DNA of 63,991 bases, the filler included, from an uncultured bacterium (lineage in GTDB: Bacteria; Hinthialibacterota; Hinthialibacteria; Hinthialibacterales; Hinthialibacteraceae): the NCBI GenBank assembly GCA_964449065.1. It is 10 parts of 10 records of this genome, joined end to end, with 100 filler letters (N's around TTAATTAATTAA, not from the genome) between each part and the next. Parts side by side here need not be neighbours in the genome. Positions count along the whole stretch, not along the records: positions 26,184 to 32,513 come from CAYVAZ010000307.1; positions 32,614 to 38,905 come from CAYVAZ010000308.1; positions 39,006 to 45,284 come from CAYVAZ010000309.1; 7 more parts are not named here. One strand, 5' to 3'. This document shows, in pieces, positions 29,239 through 39,166 of this stretch. Below the pieces are notes generated by a model. The model was not told the DNA's origin, searched no databases, and was given only the letters and a program-made list of their open reading frames with translations. Every line of letters begins with the position of its first letter. Positions within the stretch are counted from its first letter, which is position 1. Both the position numbers and the translations under genes were made by a program.

Positions 29239-32200
29239 TTACCACCAGGCTGCCGATGTTGTCACATCCGCATCCAACGCCCGCTCAATCATTTCCCGCG
29301 TTTCTTCTAAGTGCAATTCAGAATACTCATCCATCTCCAAATCCTTATCATCGATCATATCCAAACAGTCATCAATACGGTCTTCAATTTCGCGCAATTG
29401 CTTGTAGGCCAATGACCGCGCGTCTTCCGGCGTTCCAAACGGCAGTTGCAGTGCCATATTAATCAGCCGCTTCGCGTGCTGACGCTGTAAAATTCGACGG
29501 TACGTGTTGATAAACGGTTCGGTATTGCTGTACTGCTTCCACGGCGTAAGAGAGGGCGGCGGAAAATCATCCTCATCATCCAATCCGGGAAACGTGACTT
29601 CACTCCACACCCCGTCCGTGATGGAATTAAAATATTCCGGCAATGTATACGCCACTTCCTTCTTGGGAACCTGCACTTCTTGGTCTTTGATCAACTGCAA
29701 GGTGTACGATCCATACAGCGCGTAAATCACCTGATCGTACAAATTAAATGCCAGCGATTGCAATGAATATTCCGTGGATTGGATGAACTGCGTATCCCAG
29801 TCAATCCAATGTTCATTCGCCAGCATATTGACCAACTCCGGATCAACGTCAAATACCTCTGCGGAAAACACTTCTTCCAATATAAAGTTCAATGCCTCGC
29901 GCTGCTTGGCCGCCGAGACCGGCTCCAATGGAGAAGGGTCTTGCGGACCGCCCTTCTTCACATGCGTCACATACTGCCCGCCCAAATACTTCAACGCAAA
30001 ACCGGTTGCGGAAAAGTAATGCGTGACCATCCGGTCAAACGCGTCGCGCACTATCGTATAGTCGTCCCCTTCGTTCACCAAATTCGGCAATTTCGGGATG
30101 GTATCCTTCACGAGCTGCGCTTGTTTTTTCGCGAAATTCAGTGGTTCTCTTCCCAAATCAAACGCATTCACCAACGGATCCAATCCCAATATCCGGCTGA
30201 TATCTTCATCATACGCATACCGGCGGGTTTCCCCCTTCTCAGCAATTCGGTTCAAAACATCCTGCTGCGTTTCCCCGGTCGCGGATTTGATGGGCACATA
30301 ACCATACTCAATCGCCAAATGATCATACGGTCCGGGAACCACCGAGAAGAAATCACCCTGTTCCATTCCCTCCGGCGCGATGTTCATGGAGGTGTAATCC
30401 ATCACGCTGGAAACCAGTCCTTCCTCACGGGTTAGTTGCTGATTGTGCAATTGATCAACCGGATGCAGCGTGCTTGCCTCAAAATTGTGACGCAATCCCA
30501 GTACATGACCCAGTTCGTGCGCCGTCACGTGAATCACCAGTTGCTTAACAATTTCTTCCCGCTCCTCTTCAGAGATAGCCCCTCCATTGCGGGCGGCCAT
30601 AATATCCAGCCCCATCGCCACATTATCGGATAAATAATCCTGATAAGTACAGGTGACCAATGTATGGTCAATTTCGGATGGACGTTTGCGGGTCAGCATT
30701 TCCTTTAACCGGTTCATCCGGTCTTCCGGCTTATTATACTTCAACAGAGCCATCCGCTGTCGTACCATTTCGCCTTCCAACAGAAAACTGCCGTTCAATA
30801 TCTCACCCGTTCTTGGATCGGCAATCCATTGCGCGATTCCGCTGTATGCCCGGTTGCGCGATACATTCCAATGCACGGTGTTATACCGCACATCCGAGAT
30901 ATCCCAATCCGCATCCTCCGGCTGTATTTTTGCCACAATGGCATTTTTGATTCCGATTGCTTCAAAGGTTTTATTCCACGATTCCAATCCCTCTTTCACA
31001 TACGGACGGTATTCTTCCGGAACAGTATTTTCAATCCAAAACACCAACGGTTTCACCGGGGGAGACATCTCCAATTCCGGGCTGGCTTTGCGGATATCCC
31101 ACCGGCTGATCAAGCGGTTCACCGGATTGCGCTGCTCTTTATTGCCAAAATCCACATGCGCTTCATTAAAATATCCAACACGGGTATCCGCCAAACGCGG
31201 CTCAAACTCCGGATTGGGTTCGACCGGCATGATGTTGATCAACACTTCAATCACGGCACTGCGCGCGTCCGGCAGCACAGCGGTAAACGAATTGCCCCCT
31301 CCACGCAGATAATATTTCACGCGGGTATTCACATTTTTCGGGAACACGTTCGTTTCTTGGATAAATGAATTGCCTTGGTCGATCCCATAACCGCCGCCCA
31401 AACTTCTGACCACCATTTGCTGGATTCGAAATGGATCGCTCATAAACAGTTTGGTCACTTCAACCAAATGGCCGCCGGTTTCCGGATTGGTGGCCGCTAT
31501 CGGCAGCGAAGCCAAGACGGAATCGCTGTAATTTTTCTTCACGCTTTTGCTCTCTGGTGAATCGACCGGTGCTTTATACCGCAAATTTTCCGCGTACAAC
31601 TGCATTTTTTTGTTTTCAATTTTGGGATAAAAAATAATCCCGCCCAAATTCGCGCCGGCTTTGGCCATCCCGGCACCCACCCCGGTCGCCAAATGCCCGC
31701 TCAACAGGTGTTCTTGTCCGATCGCGCTTTTCGGGATTTCCCAAAACACCTTCAAATCTTCTTGGGTATAAACCGTAAACAATCCTTCTTCTTTTGTGGC
31801 GTCTTTCACCTGCTTATCAAATTCACTGGGCTGCTCTTGATCCCCGCCGTTGCCCTGCGGAGGTCTACCGCCCGGGCGTCCATTGACGGAAGGTTTATCA
31901 ACACCATCACCTTCTTCCTCATCTTTGGAATACAGATTTTTCTCGTTATGGATTTCCGCTTTTATTGTTCCACCATTAATCTCCACATCCGAATTAATGA
32001 ACCACATTTGAAAACCACTGTTGGTGTTTTCAATGTTGTCGATATGCGAATCACCGGTGGTGTTGTTGTTATGCGATCCTTCTTTTTTATCTTTTTTGGC
32101 GTCCAAGTCGACTTCTACTTGAACATCGGATTGCTTTTTTTTATCTTTCGACTCTTTCTCTTCTTTTATCTTTTCTTCTTTCGGTGGGTCTTCCGGTTTA

Positions 32201-32298
32201 GGCTCGTCTTGATCGCCCAGTACGGTTGAATGCATGGAAATCGCAATGAAAACAACAATAGAAAAAATACCAATAGCACGAGTGGTTTGATACAACAT
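29239..32298 (-). CDS. Secreted zinc-dependent metalloprotease (DUF5117/DUF5118 plus EcxA-like Met-zincin)
   Basis: Signal peptide, RLADTRVGYF, PVKPLVFWIE, HELGHVLGLRHNF, SVMDY Met-turn, GPYD..AIEYGY. Confidence 0.92.
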   Translation of the reverse strand: MLYQTTRAIGIFSIVVFIAISMHSTVLGDQDEPKPEDPPKEEKIKEEKESKDKKKQSDVQVEVDLDAKKDKKEGSHNNNTTGDSHIDNIENTNSGFQMWFINSDVEINGGTIKAEIHNEKNLYSKDEEEGDGVDKPSVNGRPGGRPPQGNGGDQEQPSEFDKQVKDATKEEGLFTVYTQEDLKVFWEIPKSAIGQEHLLSGHLATGVGAGMAKAGANLGGIIFYPKIENKKMQLYAENLRYKAPVDSPESKSVKKNYSDSVLASLPIAATNPETGGHLVEVTKLFMSDPFRIQQMVVRSLGGGYGIDQGNSFIQETNVFPKNVNTRVKYYLRGGGNSFTAVLPDARSAVIEVLINIMPVEPNPEFEPRLADTRVGYFNEAHVDFGNKEQRNPVNRLISRWDIRKASPELEMSPPVKPLVFWIENTVPEEYRPYVKEGLESWNKTFEAIGIKNAIVAKIQPEDADWDISDVRYNTVHWNVSRNRAYSGIAQWIADPRTGEILNGSFLLEGEMVRQRMALLKYNKPEDRMNRLKEMLTRKRPSEIDHTLVTCTYQDYLSDNVAMGLDIMAARNGGAISEEEREEIVKQLVIHVTAHELGHVLGLRHNFEASTLHPVDQLHNQQLTREEGLVSSVMDYTSMNIAPEGMEQGDFFSVVPGPYDHLAIEYGYVPIKSATGETQQDVLNRIAEKGETRRYAYDEDISRILGLDPLVNAFDLGREPLNFAKKQAQLVKDTIPKLPNLVNEGDDYTIVRDAFDRMVTHYFSATGFALKYLGGQYVTHVKKGGPQDPSPLEPVSAAKQREALNFILEEVFSAEVFDVDPELVNMLANEHWIDWDTQFIQSTEYSLQSLAFNLYDQVIYALYGSYTLQLIKDQEVQVPKKEVAYTLPEYFNSITDGVWSEVTFPGLDDEDDFPPPSLTPWKQYSNTEPFINTYRRILQRQHAKRLINMALQLPFGTPEDARSLAYKQLREIEDRIDDCLDMIDDKDLEMDEYSELHLEETREMIERALDADVTTSAAWW

Positions 32299-32456
32299 AC
32301 GAATCCTCCAAGGATGTTTAAATTCAATATTGGCAAGATACGTTTTGCAGACGCCCTCAACGGCAACAATAGCAGAAAAACAATTATAAATTGTAAGACA
32401 TCTATTTTACTAGGGATACACCCTTACCTACCTAACTTTTTCCATCGATTTCTTAT

Positions 32457-32513
32457 TTACTCACGTTACGCACTACATTATGATATGCCCATTTTTCTAA
32501 TCGTTCGCTGAAT
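32457..32513. mobile_element. End of MITE family 2 at a contig break
   Basis: Near-identical to 6387-6441. Confidence 0.7.
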
Positions 32514-32613
32514 NNNNNNNNNNNNNNNNNNNNNNNNNNNNNNNNNNNNNNNNNNNNTTAATTAATTAANNNNNNNNNNNNNNNNNNNNNNNNNNNNNNN
32601 NNNNNNNNNNNNN

Positions 32614-32658
32614 AGGGGGGATAACAACGACAGTCTCTTCGTTGCGTAACATCAGTTA
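32614..32658. mobile_element. Inverted MITE family 2 terminus at a contig start
   Basis: TTGCGTAACATCAGTTA is the reverse complement of TAACTGATGTTACGCAA. Confidence 0.55.
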
Positions 32659-32912
32659 CTTAAGTTGCCTTTATCGGGATAAACGGGTATGAAATTTTGA
32701 ATGGGTATTGTAAATTTGATAAAATCTAGTTTATCTATACATTTTTCACAACCTTTTCGGCTGCCGCTACGACCTATACGTGGATAAGAATGCCTGTGAA
32801 ATAAGAACATGAAACCTAATTGGATTCTTTCATCATATCAAAATTATGAATATACTAAACGGAACTCAAGAATTCTTCATGCTCATGTATCGAAATACTC
32901 ATCAGAAATAAA

Positions 32913-34034
32913 ATGAAGGAGAGTACGATCATTACCCGCGTTATCCTTATTCTTTTTATCATCGCATCCGGCTTAGTTCTCTGGAAATGGGAACTGGTTT
33001 CCGCCTATATCCAAAACGGGAATGCTGCCGAACAACAGCAATCTTCCGAACTGGGTCCGGTCATACGTGTCATCACAACCCCGGTAAGAATCACATCGAA
33101 CGATATTGAATTCGAAACCATGGGTTCAGGCAGAGCTTTGCAATCGGTTATGATTTATCCCGCTGTTTCTGAAGAAATAACATCTGTTCACTTCGATGCT
33201 GGTGATAAGGTAAGTGCCGGGGATGTATTGGTTCAGTTGGATGACCGGGAAGAAAAATTGGCTGTTCAACGGGCCGCAGTCAATTTAAAGAATGCCAGAA
33301 GTTTGCTGGACCGTTATCAATTGGCCGTAAAAGAAGGCGCGGTGCCGGAAAGTGAAGTGGATTCCGCGCAGGCCAGAGTGGATGTGGCACAAGTGGAACT
33401 GGATCAAGCGGAATTGGAATTGGAAGAGAGAAAAATCCGCGCCCCGTTTTCCGGGGTGGTAGGCTTGCCTCGTGTTGATCCTGGTGAACGGGTTGACCCC
33501 AACACCCCTATAACCAGTTTGGATAACCGTTCTTCCATCCTTGTCGATTTCGACGTACCGGAAGAACTTGCCGTGGTTCTTCAGAACGAACACAGCATTT
33601 CCGCGCATACACCGGCGTATCCCAATCAAATATTCCAAGGAACCATTGAAGCGCTTGAAAGCCGGATCGATGCCCAAAACCGTACCATCAAAGCGCGGGC
33701 AAAAATCGATAACAGCAACGATATACTGCGGCCAGGAATGTCATTTATGACCACGCTGGAAATTCACGGGCCGGAATATCCCACCGTACCGGAAATTTCC
33801 CTGCAATGGGGGCGGGAAGGTTCTTTTGTCTGGATCATCCGTGATGGCATTGCTTACAAAGAATTCGTGCGGGTGGTAGCCCGTACTGCCGGTGAGGTGT
33901 TGGTTGAGGGTGAAATTAAAGAAAATGAGTTAGTCGTGGTGGAAGGCGTACAACGAGTCCGACCAAGAAGCGAAGTGATAGCAACCGATCTTTCGCAAGC
34001 GTATGGAAATGATTCTGAAAGTGGTGATTCATGA
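32913..34034 (+). CDS. RND efflux periplasmic adaptor (MFP)
   Basis: N-terminal TM, GDKVSAGDVLVQLD, IRAPFSGVVG, LRPGM, VVVEGVQ. Confidence 0.95.
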   Translation: MKESTIITRVILILFIIASGLVLWKWELVSAYIQNGNAAEQQQSSELGPVIRVITTPVRITSNDIEFETMGSGRALQSVMIYPAVSEEITSVHFDAGDKVSAGDVLVQLDDREEKLAVQRAAVNLKNARSLLDRYQLAVKEGAVPESEVDSAQARVDVAQVELDQAELELEERKIRAPFSGVVGLPRVDPGERVDPNTPITSLDNRSSILVDFDVPEELAVVLQNEHSISAHTPAYPNQIFQGTIEALESRIDAQNRTIKARAKIDNSNDILRPGMSFMTTLEIHGPEYPTVPEISLQWGREGSFVWIIRDGIAYKEFVRVVARTAGEVLVEGEIKENELVVVEGVQRVRPRSEVIATDLSQAYGNDSESGDS

Positions 34035-37000
34035 ACAATCCTCTGTATTCGTTAACCGCTTTGGGGGTCAAACGCCCCGTTTTCGCCGTGGTGTTAAACC
34101 TGCTGATCATCATTGCGGGCATAGGCGGATTATTGGGCGTCGATGTCCGCGAACTCCCGATGGTGGATACCCCCGTGGTGATGGTGCGGGCGGTCTTTCA
34201 AGGCGCTTCGCCGGAAACCATGGACCGCGAAGTGACCAGCATCATTGAAGGCGCGATAGCCCGGGTTCAGGGGGTCAAACGCATCCGGTCTTCCAGCGAA
34301 GAAACCTATTCCCGGGTCCGGGTGTATTTTGAACCGAGTATTAATATCAATGTCGCAGCCAATGATGTGCGCGAAGCGGTGAGCCGTGCGTTGGAAGAAC
34401 TGCCGGATGAAGTGGAAAATTTGTATGTGGTCAAATCAGACGATGAATCCGATTCGATTATTAATCTGTCAGTCACCAGTGATGTGCTGGCCAAAGAAGA
34501 ACTCGCCAAGCGGGTTGAAAAAGATATCGCTCCCCATTTTTTGACCATCCCTGGCGTTGCGGATGTCCGTTTGGAAGGGCAGCAACAGCGGGTGCTGCGC
34601 GTATTGCTTGATCCGGCAAAGATGGCGGGATTGCGTGTGTCTGTCCGCGAGGTGATTGACGTGTTACGCGATGCCCGGCTGGATGTGCCGGCGGGAAGTT
34701 ACAAATCGGTAGATCAAGAACTCATCGTTCGGGCAAAGGGAACGGTTGTGCAACCCAAGCGGGTAGAAGAGATTTTTGTGCGCGACAATATCCGCATCGG
34801 CGATCTTGGTGTTGTGTTCTTCAGTCCCGAAGAAGCGGAATCATACGCGATGCTGAATGGACGCATGGTCATCGGGATGGGAATCATCCGCCAGGCCGGC
34901 TCCAATACCATTGCGATATCATCGGAAGTCGACAAGCGGGTGGAAGAGATCAATAAAAACAGCCGCGATTTTCAAATCCGTAAAACATCCGATGCTGCGA
35001 TTTATATTCAAGGCGCATTGAATGAAGTTTTATATACTCTACTCATTGCGGTCGGAATTGTTTTGATTGTCATCGCTATCTTCTTAGAAGATTGGCGCGC
35101 CACCATGATTCCCGCGGTGACCATGCCGGTGGCATTAATCGGTACGGTCGCGGCGATATGGGCGCTGGGGTTTTCCATCAATCTGTTGACGCTGCTGGCC
35201 TTGGTATTGGCCACCGGGTTAATCGTGGATGACGCGATTGTGGTGTTGGAGAACATCCAGCGGCGCCGCAACCTGGGGCTGCCTAAAATGGCGGCAGCCG
35301 TTTTGGGGACCCAGCAAGTATTTTTTGCTGTCATCGCCACGACTCTTACTTTGGTTTCTGTGTTTGTGCCGATTGCCTTTCTTCCCAGCCAAACCGGCCG
35401 TTTGTTCCGTGAATTCGGTATGGTATTGGCTGTGGCGGTTATGATCAGTTCCTTTGTGGCATTGACGTTGTGCCCGATGATGGCTTCCCGTTTGCCGGAA
35501 CAAAACCATACGGGAATGATTGCGTCATTGGTTCATTCCATCCTGACCGGTATTGGCAATTTCTTGAGCCGGATCTTTTTCTCCAGCATCCGTTTGTGCT
35601 TGCAGATGCGCTACCTCTCTTTGATCGCGGCGTTGATTCTAGCGGGATATGGTGTGCGGGGATTTTTTTCGCTCACACAAGAATTGCTGCCGAAAGAAGA
35701 CCGCGGCAAGTTGTACATCATGCTGACCGGCCCGGATGGAGCCACGCTGTCTTACTCCGACCGCCAATCGCAAAAACTGGAAGAAGTCCTGTATCCCTAT
35801 AAACAGCAAGGCGTGATCGAAAACATTTATACCATCGTAGGGCAATTCGATAAAAACCGCGCTCTGACCATTGCCACGCTCGTGCCATGGGATGAACGGG
35901 AAATGAGCCAGATAGATTTGGAGGATGAACTGAATGAAAAAATCGGTGATTTGCCCGGTGCGCAGTTGCGGATTTTTAGTCCCAACAGTTTGGATATACG
36001 CCGGTTCGGCTCCGGTTTGAGTATCGCCTTAACGGGGAATAACTACGACGAAATTTCTGCCGCATGCGATATCCTATCGGATGCGATTAAAAAGCGGATT
36101 GCTGAAGTGGAAGATATTCGCATTGAATACAATACCTCGCAGCCGGAATTGTCATTCAGTATCAACCGTGAGCGGGTTAATGATTTAGACATACCGCTCG
36201 ATGAAATCTCCCAAACGCTGCGGGTCATGGTTGACCGCTATGATGTGGTGGATTTGAATATTGATGATGAAGCCGTCCCGATCATGCTGGGATCGATTCA
36301 AGGCGCCGCCAACGATCCAACTGATTTGCTGAATATTTTTATCCCCAACAATTACAATGAACTGGTGCCCATTACAACACTGGTAAACGTACAAGAATCC
36401 GGTACCGCCGGCCAATTGGACCGTCATTCTCAGCGGCGGGCCATTGAAATGGATATCGGCCTTCCCCCCGGAACGCCATTAGGGGATATGGTTGAACGGG
36501 TGCGCGCAATTGCCAATGAAGTGCTGCCATCGGGTATCGGGATTTTATTTACCGGGGAAGCCGAAACCATGAATGAAAACAACTATGAAGTGACGGCAAC
36601 ATTTTTGATCGCGATTTTAGTTGTTTTCTTGGTTCTGGCGGCCCAGTTTGAAAGCATCGGCAGCGCGTCCATCGTTATTTTCACTGTGCCGTTTGGATTG
36701 GCGGCCGCTGTGTTTGCCTTACTGCTTACCGGGCAATCGATTAACCTCTACAGCCAAATCGGGTTTGTGATGTTGGTAGGGTTGATGACCAAAAACGCTA
36801 TTTTGCTGGTCGAGTTTATGGATCAATTGCGCGATGAGGGCAAATCGATTGACGAAGCCATCATGGAAGGCCTTCAAGTCCGCCTGCGTCCGGTGATGAT
36901 GACGGTACTCTCTACCGTGCTGGGCAGCCTGCCATTGATTTTAAGCGAAGGGCCGGGCGCGGAAGCCCGCAACGCGATCGGCTGGGTGGTCTTCGGCGGA

Positions 37001-37156
37001 TTGGGGCTTTCCTCTCTCTTTACTCTCTACCTCACACCCCTGGGGTATTCTCTACTGGCTCCTTATGTCAAACCGCGCAGCCACTATGAAAAACAGTTGA
37101 AAGAAGAATTGGGAACTGTAAGCCAAGAAGAAATCGATAGGATGCAGCCCGTATGA
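34031..37156 (+). CDS. RND efflux permease (AcrB/AcrD/AcrF family)
   Basis: VKRPVFA, GLIVDDAIVVLEN, LFREFG, AAQFES, KNAILLVEF, RLRPVMMT. Confidence 0.97.
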   Translation: MNNPLYSLTALGVKRPVFAVVLNLLIIIAGIGGLLGVDVRELPMVDTPVVMVRAVFQGASPETMDREVTSIIEGAIARVQGVKRIRSSSEETYSRVRVYFEPSININVAANDVREAVSRALEELPDEVENLYVVKSDDESDSIINLSVTSDVLAKEELAKRVEKDIAPHFLTIPGVADVRLEGQQQRVLRVLLDPAKMAGLRVSVREVIDVLRDARLDVPAGSYKSVDQELIVRAKGTVVQPKRVEEIFVRDNIRIGDLGVVFFSPEEAESYAMLNGRMVIGMGIIRQAGSNTIAISSEVDKRVEEINKNSRDFQIRKTSDAAIYIQGALNEVLYTLLIAVGIVLIVIAIFLEDWRATMIPAVTMPVALIGTVAAIWALGFSINLLTLLALVLATGLIVDDAIVVLENIQRRRNLGLPKMAAAVLGTQQVFFAVIATTLTLVSVFVPIAFLPSQTGRLFREFGMVLAVAVMISSFVALTLCPMMASRLPEQNHTGMIASLVHSILTGIGNFLSRIFFSSIRLCLQMRYLSLIAALILAGYGVRGFFSLTQELLPKEDRGKLYIMLTGPDGATLSYSDRQSQKLEEVLYPYKQQGVIENIYTIVGQFDKNRALTIATLVPWDEREMSQIDLEDELNEKIGDLPGAQLRIFSPNSLDIRRFGSGLSIALTGNNYDEISAACDILSDAIKKRIAEVEDIRIEYNTSQPELSFSINRERVNDLDIPLDEISQTLRVMVDRYDVVDLNIDDEAVPIMLGSIQGAANDPTDLLNIFIPNNYNELVPITTLVNVQESGTAGQLDRHSQRRAIEMDIGLPPGTPLGDMVERVRAIANEVLPSGIGILFTGEAETMNENNYEVTATFLIAILVVFLVLAAQFESIGSASIVIFTVPFGLAAAVFALLLTGQSINLYSQIGFVMLVGLMTKNAILLVEFMDQLRDEGKSIDEAIMEGLQVRLRPVMMTVLSTVLGSLPLILSEGPGAEARNAIGWVVFGGLGLSSLFTLYLTPLGYSLLAPYVKPRSHYEKQLKEELGTVSQEEIDRMQPV

Positions 37157-38586
37157 GAATATTGAGTTATGTATTGAGTACTGGAATGGGTGTCCTGTTT
37201 GTTTCTTCTTGCGCGGTTGGGCCGGAATACACCCCTCCGCAAATAGACCCCCCCGACCAATTTGTTTCGCAAGATGTATTCGCCGGTTTAACCACCGAAG
37301 TCGAAGCGGAAATCCCTCAACTTAAAGCCCCCATGAATCGCAATTGGTGGGAAGGCTTTCAGGATGAAACGCTCAACCACTTGGTCAATCAAGCATTGAT
37401 GAACAACTACAATATCGCCAGCGCATCCGCCCGCTTACAAGATGCTTATGCTCAACTAATGCTGGCGGAATCAGGCGACAAAATCCAAATTGATGCCGAT
37501 TTGGATACTGGCGGCAGCCAGCGCTATGAATTTGGTGATGACGACGATTCCACTACGCAGGGAGACGTTTTCGGCAGCCTGTCTTTCGCGTGGCCGGTGG
37601 ATGCGTTTGGGCGTACGCGGCGGGAAGTGGAAGCCGCTCTCGCCAGGGTAGAAGAGGCCAGCGCGGCATACCGAAGCACAGTATTGGCGGTTAGCAGCAA
37701 TGTTGCGCGGGAATATTTGCGGCTGCGCGGAAACCAGCGGCAACTCACTCTACTGGAAGAATCGGTTGATCTGCAAAAGCAAACACTCAACATCGTTCAA
37801 AGCCGTTACAACACAGGGTTGGCGCCGGAACTGGACTTGCGCCGCGCGGAAGCGTCGGTCGCCAATTTAGAAGCCGATATCCCGCCCTTGCAAGAAGAAC
37901 TGATTAATGGGCGAAACGTCATCGACACGCTCACCGGACGTTTTCCAGGCCGGTATACAGAGATGCTTTCAACCGAAGAAGCAATTCCGTCTTATAAAGG
38001 AACGATCCCCTCATTAATGCCGATGGATGTATTGTTAATGCGCCCCGATGTGCAACAGGCGGAAGCCCGGCTCAAAGCCGCCGTGGCGAATATTGGCGCC
38101 GCCAAAGCGGAATGGTATCCCATTGTCCGGTTAAGCAAACAATTGAGTGTCGGGGGTTCTGGAGTGCTCGATGGGCAGGGAGTCGGGGTCTTGTTTGCCA
38201 GCATCGGCGCTTTGATTCGTCAAGTGGTTACCGACGGCGGGGAACGCCAAGCGGTATTGGACAGCGCGGAGGCACGCGCGCAAGAAGCGCTTTCTAATTA
38301 CCGGCAAATTCTATTGCTCGCGGTAGAAGATGTGGAGCGATCCTTGTCTTCCTTGCAGTCCTCCTTGGATCGGCAAATGTATTTAGATCAAGCCGTAAAG
38401 GCGAGTGACAGCAGTTTTCGCCAAGCGGAAAGTTTATACCGCTTGGGTTTAACCAGTTTTATCGATGTGGTGGATGCCCAACGTGTGCTGGCCTCGGCAC
38501 AGCAAAAACTGGCCTCTGCAAAAACGGCGTATGCGGTTGAAGTTGCCAATTTATTTCGTGTTCTTGGCGTACAGATAAATCGGTAA
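37153..38586 (+). CDS. Outer-membrane efflux lipoprotein (NodT/OprM/TolC family)
   Basis: Lipobox VSSC-AVGPEY, WW..F.D..LN.LV, RPDVQQAEARL, G...FIDVVDAQR. Confidence 0.93.
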   Translation: MRILSYVLSTGMGVLFVSSCAVGPEYTPPQIDPPDQFVSQDVFAGLTTEVEAEIPQLKAPMNRNWWEGFQDETLNHLVNQALMNNYNIASASARLQDAYAQLMLAESGDKIQIDADLDTGGSQRYEFGDDDDSTTQGDVFGSLSFAWPVDAFGRTRREVEAALARVEEASAAYRSTVLAVSSNVAREYLRLRGNQRQLTLLEESVDLQKQTLNIVQSRYNTGLAPELDLRRAEASVANLEADIPPLQEELINGRNVIDTLTGRFPGRYTEMLSTEEAIPSYKGTIPSLMPMDVLLMRPDVQQAEARLKAAVANIGAAKAEWYPIVRLSKQLSVGGSGVLDGQGVGVLFASIGALIRQVVTDGGERQAVLDSAEARAQEALSNYRQILLLAVEDVERSLSSLQSSLDRQMYLDQAVKASDSSFRQAESLYRLGLTSFIDVVDAQRVLASAQQKLASAKTAYAVEVANLFRVLGVQINR

Positions 38587-39166
38587 ACAAAGGTAAACCA
38601 CCTAATATTCAATCGACACATTTCCTTAATTGGTTATTTGACAATGCAGGTTTGAGTAGATAGAAAGAGATGATATTTATGACTGTCTTTGATTCCCCGG
38701 ACCCCCATTATTAAGTCGGGCAACTACGGCGAATCCTATCTATTCAACCTTTAAATGCTCCACCAAGGGGGGCAACGAGGACATCCTGTGTACCCAACAC
38801 TGAGACGCACCAGCGCCTTCAAACCCACCTGACTCAGATTCAATCCCCGCAAATACCCCATACCTCAATTTTTTTTCAAAAATAATTTGTTTTTCCAATC
38901 CATCGNNNNNNNNNNNNNNNNNNNNNNNNNNNNNNNNNNNNNNNNNNNNTTAATTAATTAANNNNNNNNNNNNNNNNNNNNNNNNNNNNNNNNNNNNNNN
39001 NNNNNGTTGCAATAAGAATGTTGGTAAAAATCGAGTGATCAGAGATGGTCATGGTGGGCTACGCTTCGCTTTGAGCCCACCCTACCGTTTCATGATCCCG
39101 TATGGTTGCGTGCAAGATCACTCACTTTTTATATGCGGTTTGGTCTTACTACAATCAAGGTTCGCG

